Of a stretch of 64,000 nt of DNA, positions 38,801-54,610 are shown piece by piece (the stretch's first letter is position 1; each line of letters starts with the position of its first letter). The stretch lies in NCBI RefSeq assembly GCF_009914755.1, contig NC_060926.1; one strand, written 5' to 3'. Source of the stretch: the human T2T-CHM13v2.0 reference genome, Homo sapiens. The position numbers and the translations under genes are program-made. The notes under the pieces were generated by a model. It made no database searches, was not told the DNA's origin, and was given only the letters and a program-made list of their open reading frames with translations.

Positions 38801-39995
38801 CACATGTATTTTCCCTGCAGCACTATTCACAATAGCAAGACATGGAATCAACCCAAATGCTCATCAATGATAGAATGGATAGAGAAAATGTGGTACATAA
38901 ACACTGTGAAGGTAATGAGATCATGTCCTTCGCAGGGACATGGATGGAGTTGGATGCCATTATCCTGAGAAAACTAACACAAGAACAGAAAACCAAACAC
39001 CTCATAGTCTCATTTATAAGTGGGAGCTGAATAAAGAGAACACGTGGACACATGGGGGGAACAACACACACTGGGGTCTGTTAGGGGCTGGGGGAGGGAG
39101 AGCATAAGGAAGAATAGCTAATGGATGCTGGGCTTAATACATGGATAATGGGATGATCTGTGCAGCAAACCACCATGGCACACATTTGCGTATGTAACAA
39201 ACCTACACATTCTGCACATGTACCCCTGAACTTAAAATAAAAGGTGAAGAATAAAAGAAAAGAAGGAAAATTGCAGGACTGGATGGCTTTACTGCTGGAT
39301 TCTACTGAATCATTAAAAAGTACTTAATACAAATTCTTCTCAAATTATTCAAAAAATTTGAAGTAGAGGGAGCTCTTCCTAACTTATCTACGAGGCTAGC
39401 AAACCTTGATACCAAAACAAGGCAAGGAACTAACATAAAAATGAAACTACAGGCCAATATCCCTGATGAACATAGATGCAAATATCCCTAACAAAATACT
39501 AGTAAACTGAATAAAACAATAGATCAAAAATAACACATCATGACCAAGTGAGATTTAACTCAAGAAAGCAAGAATGCTTTAACATGGGCAAATTAATAAA
39601 CATGATACATCACTTCAAGAGAATTAAGGACAAAATGTAATATGATAATCTTAGTAGATGCAGAAAAAAGCATTTGATAAAATTCAACATCCCTTTATGA
39701 TAAAAACTCTCAATAAATTAGGTAGGAATAGAAAGTACTTCAACACAATAAAGGCCATATATGACAAACCCACAACTCATATCACACTGAATGGGGAAAA
39801 GCTGAAAGCTTTTCATCTAAGAACTGAGACAAGACAAGGGTGCCCACTCTCGCTACTCTTAATCAACACAGCAATGAAGTCCTAGCCAGAACAATTAGGC
39901 AAGAGAAAGAAATAAAGGGCATCCAAATGGGAAGGGAGGAAGTCAAATGGGCTGTGTTTGAAGGTGACATAATGTTATGTATAGAAAAGCCTAGG
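35885..39995 (-). mobile_element. L1MA3-type element: 3' part on minus (35885-37167), inverted ORF2 part on plus (37168-37634 and 39282-39995)
   Basis: 3'UTR gtgatcaggtcaggataatttgcat; ORF 39658-39885 carries RT motifs AFDKIQH and TRQGCPLS. Confidence 0.8.
37635..39265 (+). mobile_element. 5'-truncated L1PA8/8A nested in L1MA3
   Basis: TSD gaaaattgc(g/a)ggactg at 37619-37634 and 39266-39281; 3'UTR ggaagaatagctaatggatgctgggc; ORF 38319-38870 is the ORF2 C-terminus. Confidence 0.9.
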
Positions 39996-40139
39996 TTCTG
40001 GTAAATGTTTTTAAATATGTATTTATGGATATATAGAAACACATATATAATGTAGTCATGTATGTATGCCTGTGCACATGTATATATCCCCCCATATATA
40101 AACACATGCATGTGCATGTGAAGAAAGCTATGTATTTAG

Positions 40140-41475
<1,336 letters not shown>

Positions 41476-43011
41476 TAAATGTTTGTGGTGTTGCAATTAT
41501 GTTTAATTGTATGTGTTTATTTGTACACTTCATATTTTACAAATCTGTTCAAATATATTCACCAAAATATAGTCACAAATGTTTATTTTAAACAAACCAG
41601 TAGCACTATTATAGTGGTGCTTTAATGCACATGGATAATTGCGTAAGATGTTGTACTTGAATTTATAGTCTTCAACAGTTTTGTACAGCCCTGATTTCCA
41701 CTCAACTGAAATCAGATAACCACAGGTCTTACCACATTCGATTTATTACTTCAAACAATGTTGATATAGTTCCTTCTGTTTATTTTATATATTTATTTAT
41801 TTATTTTCATTTTCTTTTCTGGCTCACATTAGAAAGTATATTAAGGCCAAGGGCTATGTATTATCAATTGCTGTAATTTTCATAGCAACTGATACATTAA
41901 ATGCTTAATGTGTAAATGTCAAAGGAAACAGGTATTTAGGTTCATATCAATACAATAATGGTTTCAATTTTCTTCTTTCCTCCAATTCTTCACATATTTG
42001 AATTAACAAATAAATTATGACTTTTATTTTTGTATTAGTATAATATTCAAACTAAAGCATATCTGTACTATGGGTAAGTAAGTAGATATTACTGTGAGTA
42101 ATATGTAGATACATAGTACGTAATTTTATTTTTGTCATTTTAAGGTAATCTAATAAATCTTTATTGAGTATGTAACAGAAGCAAAAGAATAAGATTAGTT
42201 CCCAGTATTATACACAGAAAAATAAATATATATAAGCATTCCTGACAAACTATTTTATCTAAAAATCTTCAAAATTGTCAATTTTTTCAATGTAATCATG
42301 TTTTAAACACTCAGTTAATACAAAATTAAACTCATAATGTGTCAGTTTAGTAGCTTATTTGATATCAACATAGTTAAGTTTGAAAATTGTGTTGAAAACA
42401 AAGGAAATTAGTACTGCATTATGTATATTTCCTAAGTGTGTAAAAGAGAAAATATCTCATTGAGTCCCTGCATTCTTAGCAGTAACTGTGTATAATAGAC
42501 ACGGAGGCCCACATGCTTTCCATAACACACTTACCAGAGTAAAATTGTACATTAAAAACACGGCTGTGGATGTAATTGATTTCATGAACTAACCTACCTT
42601 CAATTCTAAATGCCAAACTGTCCATCAAAGCTACAATTAACCAGCTGTAAAAGAGAAGCAAAGTTCTATGAGGAGAACTCCTTTAAAATGTCACTTTAAA
42701 ATTTTATTTTGCCAGATAATTCCTCACTTGAATTGTCAAAAGCAGTGTTTCCCAAGAAGGTTTTACGTTTCTGTATATTCTTAACGTGCCTTTCTGTCAT
42801 AGATATTCAAAGTTATAATTTCAAGTTTGCTTTGTTGCTGTTAATATTTTTCATCTGTAAGACTTCAGCTTAACTTTTCAAGACAAGGAACACAATAGTC
42901 AATATGAAGAGAATAATTAGGTTCTAAGAAAGGTGGCACCCCCAAAAATTCTGTTGGAGAAAAATGTATTGATATCTTATTAAGAGCAGAAATTTGTATT
43001 GGAGAGACATT

Positions 43012-43051
43012 CTGGCTATCAAGTCCTGGCTATCAAGTCTGGCTATCAAGT
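43012..43051. repeat. 3x tandem ctggctatcaagt
   Basis: Read directly from the sequence. Confidence 0.9.
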
Positions 43052-43239
43052 TCAATGGGAAGGTACCCATTGAAAAAGGACTTTGAAGTCAAATTCTGTT
43101 CCTGAATCTCATACTGGAGAAATATATAGTGTTAGCTGTCTTGATGACAGAATCTGAAACACGTTCTGCCATCAATACTCTGAGTTTATTCTTTTAATTA
43201 TTTAATTATGCATTCTTTATGTATATATTAATTATTTGT

Positions 43240-44285
43240 AAAATATTATGTATTATATTGAATACACAAAAGAGCATATAAATACATGTATGATCTAAAG
43301 AATAACAAAACTAACACCTGACATGAGAAAGTGAACATTATAAATACTATATCTCAATTTACAATATTTACCATTTGTCAATCTTCATTTTCATTCTTCT
43401 CTCCTCTCCTTCTGCAACCAATATAAATTTTCTGTTTATTATACCTTTCCTTTATTCAAAATTTTGTCACACTTTCACAAATACATTATTCTCTTTTTAA
43501 TTTCTTATCATACATGTGGTATAATATAGTATTTCACAAATTTCTATTAGAATAATTTTTACATGTCTATGCCAGCCAAGGTGATGCTTATTATTTTCTT
43601 TGTATTTATTTTCACTGCTGCAAGGTATTCCATAGTATGGAAACATCATAGTGTATTTATATATTCTCCTCTCAATGGACAGTTGGGTATTTGAGTGCTT
43701 AAAAGTTGTTGCTATTATGAACACAGGCTATGGTCTTTACATGTCTTGTATTGAAAAAGTGTGTGGATTTCTCTAGAATAAAACGAATAGAATTGATGAG
43801 GTATGGGTTATGTTAACTTTCTACTTTCTTAGATAATTCCCCATTGTTTTCCAAAGTAGTGGTATCAAGCTGTTTTCCCACCAGAACTCTACTACTCTGC
43901 ATCCTCACGAATATTTGTATTGTTTTTCTAGATTGATGTGAAAAAGTGGGTTTGTTAAGCACTTATTGCACTGCGGTTTTAATTTAGTTTCTCTAATTTC
44001 TAACTTCTTTTCACATGTGGGTTGATTTTTCATATGTTATTTTTTAGGAAATATCTAGTCATATTTAATAATATTGTCCTAAAATTTGATTTTCCCAAAA
44101 GTCTATTTTGGCTGATATCAATATAGCTACTGGATATTGCTGATTAATATTAGCCTTGTACATCTTCTTCCACCATTTTGTTTTTAATATTTTTTACTAT
44201 GTATGTGCCATGTGTCTCTTGTAAGCAAGAGATATATAGAAAATTTTCCAAATCATATAATTTTTGCCTTTTTAGGTAGATAATT
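43240..44285 (-). mobile_element. L1ME-type fragments
   Basis: tattccatagtatggaaacatcatag; ttgttttccaaagtagtggtatc; ctgatatcaatatagctact. Confidence 0.65.
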
Positions 44286-44302
44286 TAGTTTTTTTCCCCT
44301 CT

Positions 44303-46514
<2,212 letters not shown>

Positions 46515-47034
46515 TAAGGAAAATGGGAAGTCAGTTATTTATCAAAATGCTACCATGCTACCAGAGTACTTAAGCCTGTTAGAATTTAATACATTTATTT
46601 TAAAATTTACTTTAACAAATTTATTTTTAATTGATTTTCTTCAAGGAATCACTACCGTGTATCAGTTCCTGATTTCCTTTCTACGTTTTAAGTAAAATGA
46701 AGAGACATCTAGAGAAAGCATACTTAGAATGGCAATATTTAGCTTCCTCAGATTCCCTAAGCCTTTGAACAATTAGCCATGAGCCTTTGATTTTTAACCA
46801 CATATCAAATGCTTTTCTGATGACTTCTGTCTTACAAAACATTTAATTAGACTGAATTCATACACCATTCTGTTGCAATTGAGTTTCTCTTTCATTTTAG
46901 GTGGATTCTCAAGCTGAAGATGGAATGATGGAAAATCAATTATCTCTATTCTTTCCTGGGTATCTGTTTCTCCACCTGACTTGTAAATCTTGAGTATTCA
47001 GTAATTTACTCTGAAGCCCTAACCACTAGAGTGG

Positions 47035-47180
47035 TTTCATTTATCCTTTCAACAAATATTAACTAAGTGTCTTACATGCTAGTGAACTTCTATATGTTAT
47101 CTGTGAAGGATACAATTGAGAACAAAGCCAACATACTACCTGGTCTCAAGGAGTTTACTTTTGAATTGGAGAAAAGTACT
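47035..47180 (-). mobile_element. L2 tail
   Basis: ttcaacaaatattaactaagtgtct...cctggtctcaaggagtttac. Confidence 0.65.
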
Positions 47181-49527
47181 ATTCCAGCAATTCATGCATG
47201 TAATAAAAATATATATAACCTTAAAATCAATGGCATTATCTAGTTTGGAAGATAGACAAATATAAGGGATTAAATAGGAAGAGGATAGACAGTAGAAAAA
47301 GCAATTCAGAAAATGGGAACTACATCAAGAGGGAATGCAAGTAGTCCAATTCATAGAACCTGTGGAGAACTAGACAAACTGAAGAGGAAATCTTCGCACC
47401 TGAGACTAAGAATGCCTCTAGGCAAAGTCCAAGTATAGAATGTCCCCACCACTCCCTATCCATATGGCTCCTACTTCTGACCTCAGGACTAAAAGCTGTT
47501 GGTTCTACCCAGAGCCACACACTAGAGATTAAATTTCCTTCTTGCTTTTGGAAAATGTAGTGGCAAAGTTTTTTAAAAAAATAAATAAAGAGAAGAAGAT
47601 TGAATCATTTCATGTGAGGTTGAATTTTTTTTTTAATCTTAATCTCATTATTACCCATTTTAACTAGACATAGGCACATAAACTTAGAACACATGTGGTC
47701 TTTCTCAAAATGCAGTCTTTTTATTTCTTCTGTTTTTACTAATTTTATTCCTTTTCAGTTGCTTTCGGTGAATTTTAGGGGAGTCACCACAGACCATATT
47801 GATTTTTAAAATATGTTTTGTGACTGATTATAACATATTATGCTCTTTTAAACCTATTGCCTTACCACTGTTTTTTATTTCTTTTATTTTTTTTAACATG
47901 TTGACCACCTATTTGAAATTGTCTATAAAATGATTTACCCTATTTATCAGGAATAGTGTTAATTAGAATAATGTCTATGGAGATTGTATTTGTGCATGTG
48001 TGTATATATACTATATATAGTATAGCATTACATACAATATTATTATAGTGAAATATATATAATATATTCTATAGTGGACACTTAAAATTTGTCCTGACAA
48101 GAGGAACCGCACCTATATATCTGTGAACCGTTTTAGCTTTGTAAATATAAGCCTGGGTTCTACTCATTAATCTTTGGCAAATCCTGAACCTGGAAAATTA
48201 ACCAATTAAACAACAATTATATGTACTTAGATGTTTGCAGTCCTAGTTGTTAAATTTATATGTTTAATAATGTAATATGCTATCACTATTGAGGGTGACA
48301 TGCAAATCTACGAAGATCATTATATTGTAAAAATACCTTTTTCCCACTAATAGTGGAAGAGAGACCAGGTTCTAAAACTCTGAACTTGAGTGAAGAAGGA
48401 GAAAAAAAAATAGACTTGCAATTTGTGGAGAAAATATATTCTTTCAGCCGTGGTGGAAGACTGATTTCTAAGGAGAGAATCACAACCGGGAAATTCCTGT
48501 GAATGACAATAGTGATAGACTTTGAAAGCTATGAAATTTCGCATTTGTAAATTATGTTAAACTTGAGAAGTGAGTTTTGGAGAATAAATATTGAGTGCTA
48601 GTGCTCTGTGAAGCAAAGCAGTCAACATAGAAAGATTCTGAGATAATTTTTTGTTTGGACATTCTTTAAAAGGTGACCAAACAATTTGGAGGCACTTATT
48701 AAAAAATTGTATTATTTTATTATTTCATGCTCATTTTCTCTCCTTTTCCTGTTCTCAACCTTATTCTTATCTAGTTTCACCCTCTACTATCCCAGCTTTT
48801 CCAGTCCACCCTTGGATATATAAAACATTATAACGTTCGTGGAATTTCCATGTTTTACGAAGATGCAAATCAAGTTTCTTATTAAAATATGCAACCAACA
48901 CCATAATTCTAAAAGTATTTTTTCATAAAATCAGAGCTAGATTTCAACTGTATTCAATTATAAAAGTTCAACTATTTCCTAATGAGGCCACATCCTTTTA
49001 ATAAGTACTAACCTGTTAAAGGCCACATTTAATTCCAGTAAAGGTTATAGTCTCTTTGGGCCCTCTGTGTAGTCCAAATGCAACTTTACTGGCTCCACCT
49101 CAGTCTGGCATTAATTCCATCTGCAGGGATCTCTTGTGATACATGTAAGTTTCTCAGAAGCAATAGCATCTTCCACTTAGCTTCTTATTTCTACACTGTC
49201 CTTTCTTCCCTTATTATGTAAATAAGAAAGAAAAAAAGAAAGAACAAAAGGAAAGAAAAAGGAAGGAAGCAAAAATTCCCACTGAGTGAAAATATCTTAA
49301 TAGTATACATAATGTTCAATTGAGAAATTGAAATTTTATTATTTAATTATTTTCAAATAAAGGGCTTTGAAATGTAAGGCAAGAAGAAATGGCAGTACTA
49401 TTCTTTACACCTAACCTCCATTTAGTACATTTCCTACTTCCTAGCATCTAAGGTGCTTCCAGTTTATGACTGGATGAGCTAATTGAGTAGAAGATAACAT
49501 TTAAGTAGTTCATAAGGCAGGTGGCAT

Positions 49528-49700
49528 AATATAAATATGATTATATAATTAAATTTATAATTATAAAATATGATATAAATATAATATATAAAACTGTGTA
49601 AATATAATTATATAATTATAGTTATATATTATAAATATAATTTCATATGATCCTGAAATTATACATGCATATGTAACATATTAGAAATATGTAATAAAAT
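49528..49700. repeat. AT-rich low-complexity tract
   Basis: Degenerate (TA)/(ATA) runs. Confidence 0.8.
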
Positions 49701-50509
49701 TTTAAGGTTTATTTTATTTAATCTTTGATTAGCCTGGGGTTAAAGACTTGTTGTTAACAACAACAGACATTGCAAACCTGAACCCAACTAATGCCTGTAG
49801 GTCTCAGCAATTTTATTTTGTGTGATTTATTGTGATTTTTTTTCATAAGGAGGAATTTTGCCCCTTTCCTTTTCCCTGCAGTATGAATTTAAAATTGCCG
49901 ATGTTGAATTATCTTCGTTGCAGTCAGAAGGGAGGGAAATGAGCTTCAGTAGGTAAATACCTGACATGATGAAGCTCGCTTTCTTATGAATTATGCCAAA
50001 GGAATAGAAATAATTAACTTAGAACAAACATGTCCAAGGAAGCAATGAGTTCTGTTGCAAAATTACTACAGCAAAAATAACTGCTTTTCACGTTACACTG
50101 AAATGGTAGAAAAATGAGCAAAGATATTTTATAAAGATTTCGCACATAAGAAACATAAAAATTACATAAAATAAATTGTGTTTAATATGCCTAAAATCTA
50201 TTTCAGGTGGAAAGTTACATATGGCTTGTTTGGTTTAAATATTAAAAAGTACTGAAAATAAGGAAATGTCATCTTAATGAGGTATAGGGAGCTCTGCACC
50301 ATATCAAGAGATCTGATTTTGGACCTAATTTATCCACTAAATAGCTATATGCTCTTCTGTAAAGCACATTTCATCCTCTGTGATAGTTTTTTAATGAGTA
50401 AGAATAACAAATGTTGGATCAAATGCTACTTGAGGTCCTATTCAACTCTTATATTTTAATTTGTGGATTCTTCTGTGTGTTCTATACATTTCTATGTACA
50501 TTATATGTA

Positions 50510-51185
50510 TTTTAAATTTTTAATTGTGGTAAAAACACATAATATAAAATTTACTATCTTGGCCATCTTTAAGATGCAATTCAATGGTATTAAGTATATT
50601 CACGTTTTTGTATAACAGATCCTCAGAACATTTTTATCTAGCAAAATTGAAACTCTATACCAACAAAGCAACAATTCCCCATTTCCCCATCCCTGCAGTC
50701 CCTGGTAAACACTACTCTACTTTCTGTTTCTATGAATTTCACTATTTAGATACCTCACATAAGTAGAATTATTCCATATTTGTCTTTTTGTGATTGGTTT
50801 ATTTAGCCTAGCCTAGTATCCTCAAGTTTTATACATGTTATATTAGGTGACATGATTTATTTCCTTTTTAAGACTGAATAATATTACATTGTGTGTGTGT
50901 TTTGTGGATTCATTCATCTGATGATAGACATTTGGATTCATTCATCTGATGAATGAAAATTCATTTTGTGGATTCATTCAGCTGATGATGGACATTTGGC
51001 TTGTTTCCACCATATGGTTGATATGAGTACCGTTGCTGTGAAATAAATGGGTGTGGAAATATCTATTCAAGACCCTGCTTTTCATTATTTTGGAAATACA
51101 CCCAGAAGTGGAATTGCTGAATCACAACTTCATTTTTAATATTTTTAGAAACCACTATACTATTTTCCATAGAGATTGCACCACA
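50510..51185 (-). mobile_element. L1MB1/2-type 3' end
   Basis: aattgtggtaaaaacacataatataaaatttactatc; aacagatcctcagaac. Confidence 0.8.
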
Positions 51186-51887
51186 ATAAGTATGTTATAT
51201 ATTTTAAGTTGATATTTATTTCATTGCCATCATCTATATTGTCACTTTCTTCCTTAACACTTAAAAAATTAGAAGATATTCAATAAACATTCTGGAGTGT
51301 GGTCATACCTGAAAATCACCACTTTCTGATAATATATCAAACCCTGTCATGAGACATTTATCTTAGAATATTAACCAGGAAATTTATAAGAACTAATAAA
51401 GTTACTTACCTAAGGTTTGCAGCCACTAACATAATCAGTGGGAATTGTTTATATTTCTTTTTAAAAAATGTATTTATGTCAGGCTATAACTATGGATGTA
51501 AAAAGTAAAGAGCATTTAAGTATTCTTTATATGATGGGACGATATGAGGGGATGGGAGGAACATATGGGACTGAGTGTGATCTTTTGCCTTTCAAACTAT
51601 CAGCTTAGAATACTGAAAGAAGATTGGGACTTTAGAGGATGAAGACAGAATGCCTGTTACATTCTAGGCAAAGCAGTTCAGAGCTGCTCTATTCCTTAAG
51701 TTATTTGGAAGTCGTAGTAATGTGGATGGAAAAATCTTAGGAAGTACCTTTTTCTTGTTTGAAGTTTCTACTGCAGTTCCAAAATTTTCTCCAGGGACAG
51801 ACTATTGTATGCCATAGTCTTTTGGGATATTTCAGCTAAATTAATCTGCTGACTGGACTCTGAGTAAGAGTCTTTTAAAAATTATTT

Positions 51888-52796
51888 TGATTTTTTATTT
51901 TAGATTCACAAGGTACATGTGCTGGTTTGCTACATGGGTATCTTGAGTGATGCTGAAGTTTGGGCTTCTAATGATCTCATCACCCAAGTAGCAAACACAG
52001 AACTTGATAGGTAGCTTTTCAACCTGAGCTCCTCTTCTTCCTTTCCTGCTTTTGGGGTCTTCAGTATCTATTGTTCCCATCTTTGTGTCCTTGTGTGCCC
52101 AGTGTTTAGCTTTCACTTATAAGTGAGAACATGCAGTATTTGGTTTTCTGCCTCTGGGTTAATTCACTTAGGATGATTGCCTCCAGCTACATTCATGTTG
52201 TTGCAAAGGGCAAGATTTCATTATTTTTTGTGGCTGCGTAATATTCCATGGTGTGTATGTACCACATTTTCTTTATTCAATTCACCATTGACAGGCACCT
52301 GGATTGATTCCATGTCCTTACTATTGTGAATAATACTATGATAAACATATGAGTATAGGTGTCTTTTTGGTAGAACAATTTATTTTTCTTGGGTATATAT
52401 GCAATAATGAGATTGCTAGGTCAAATGGTAATTCACTTTGAGTTCTTTGAGAAATCTCCATACTGCTTTCCACAGGGGCTGAGCAAATTTGCACTCTTTG
52501 GCCACCAACAGTGTCTAAGCATTCTCTACAACCTTACCAATATCTGTTATTTTTTGACTTTTTAATAATAGCCATTCTGACTCATGTGAGATGGTATCTC
52601 ATTGTGGTTTTGATTTGTATCTCTAATGATTAGTGATGTTGATCAATTTTTTATGTTTGTTAGCTGCTTGTATGTCTTCTATTAAAAAGTATCTATTCAT
52701 GCCCTTTGCCCAGTTTTTAATGGGGATTTTTTCTTGTTGATTTGTTTAAGTTTCTTAAAGAATCTGGATATTAGTCCTTTGTTGGATGAGTAGTTT
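51888..52796 (-). mobile_element. L1PA16-type 3' end
   Basis: ggtacatgtgctggtttgctacatgggtatc; gatgctgaagtttgggcttcta. Confidence 0.85.
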
Positions 52797-53215
52797 AAAG
52801 ACCTTGTCCAGGGGCAATATGGTTTCAAAAGGATGTTGCCTCTCATTTTTTCCCACTTCAAAGATTATGTAAAGAATTGATAAGGCATGTATTTAAAATT
52901 AAAAATGATGTGGAGGAAAATAAGCTATGAAAATTATTACAAAGGTATGCTTATAAAGTATTTTACTTTTTCAGTCTTTAGTCAATGTATTTTATGTTTT
53001 CACTAACAGGATTTTAAATAAATTATTATTTATTTTGCCACATAAACAAAAGTAAACATTTCTACAGGTTTTTATGTACTCATATATTCAATTCATCAAC
53101 AATCATGCATTGTTTTCTGTTCAGCATTGTTGTAAAACATAAGCAAACAGAACTAAAAGGCAGCTAACTAAAGAAGATAGAACAGGCAAAAATGTACAGA
53201 AATTAAACCAATGTG

Positions 53216-53619
53216 TGTATTAGTCTGTTCTAACACTGCTGTAAAGAACTACCTGAGATTGGTTAATTTATGAAAAAAGAAAAAAAAAAAGAGGTTTAAT
53301 TGACTCAGTTCCACATGCTGTATGGGAAGCATGGATGGAAGGCCTCAGGAAACTTACAATCATGGTGGAAGGCAAAATGGAAGCAAACACATCTTACCAT
53401 GGTGGAGCAGGAGAGAGAGAGAGTGAAGGGGAAAGTGCTACACACTTTCAAACAACCAGATAGCCTGAGAAATCTACCAAGAGAACAGCAAGGGGGAAGT
53501 CCCACCATGATCCAATCAAGTCCCATGATTAAATCACTTCCCACCAGGCCCCTCCTTCAATACTTGGGATCACAATTCCACGTGAGATTTGGGTGGGGAC
53601 ACAGAGCCAAACCATATCA
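53216..53619 (-). mobile_element. THE1D/MSTA-type MaLR solo LTR
   Basis: tgtattagtctgttc ... gagatttgggtggggacacagagccaaaccatatca. Confidence 0.9.
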
Positions 53620-53679
53620 ATACACAACAGATGTTGTAGTATAGAGCTGATCAGATTTCCATGATTGCATGAAGCAAGC

Positions 53680-54610
53680 AAGACAGGGTGATAAAAAGCT
53701 TTGTGTGTTTTGGTACTTAGTCTAAAGCCTATAAAGAACTACTGAATAATTTTAATTAAGTATGTGATACAATTAGATTTGTTTTAGAAATATTATTTTG
53801 GCACCTCTCCGGAGATTTGATCATGTGGAGACAATTTGAAGAAAGAGAGACTGGTTTAGAGGACACTGTAGTAACACAGATAAATAGTGAAAATAGACTG
53901 AGTGTGGAAACGAGTGGACGAATGACAAATATATTTAGATGACTAAAATGGGCATACATAGTGATCATTATGGATGAAGAGAATAATAGAAAGAACAAAT
54001 CAAGGATGCTTGCAAATTTTCCTAATTACTGAAACATAGGTACCTGATATTTTGTTTCCATAGTTCCAAAGTTACTTGTTTATTATCAAATTTACTGATC
54101 ACAAAGGTCACTTCTGTTTATTGATCCAATTTCCCAATAAAAGTGAGTCTCTCAAGGGCAGTATGGCAGTATACAAAACAATACCTGGCACAAATATTAG
54201 TTGATGATATAATATTGATCTTATTATGTATAAAAAACACCTCTTATTTACCAAAACAGCTCCTTTCATTTCTACTTCTATTAAACTTCTCTGTGATATT
54301 TGATATCACAGTAGTTAATCTGTGAATTTTCTCTTCCTTATCGTGATGTCTGTCACGTAACGGTTATTCAATTATATTCATCTCTACGCTCTTACTTCCT
54401 TTCCTTCAAAATACCAATCTTCCCTTGCTCTTTGATTGAAATCTCACAATGTCACTCAGTCTCTTTTAGCATATTTTATTCCTTTTTTTGTTTAAAGTTG
54501 GTAGTTTCCAAATATCTGTTCTTGACCTTATTTTATTTTAGTCCACTGTTTTCTTCTGTGTAATTTCATATCTTCTCTTATCATTTCATTTTCTACCATT
54601 ATGTGTAGAC
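53680..54610. mobile_element. Degraded L2 fragments (minus ~53680-54050, plus ~54260-54610)
   Basis: aatcaaggatgcttgcaaattt; ttaaacttctctgtgatatttga. Confidence 0.4.

Noticed and set aside
46901-47207. Acceptor tttctctttcattttAG followed by VDSQAEDGMMENQ
   Set aside because: No good donor nearby, and the downstream AATAAA is uninformative in AT-rich DNA
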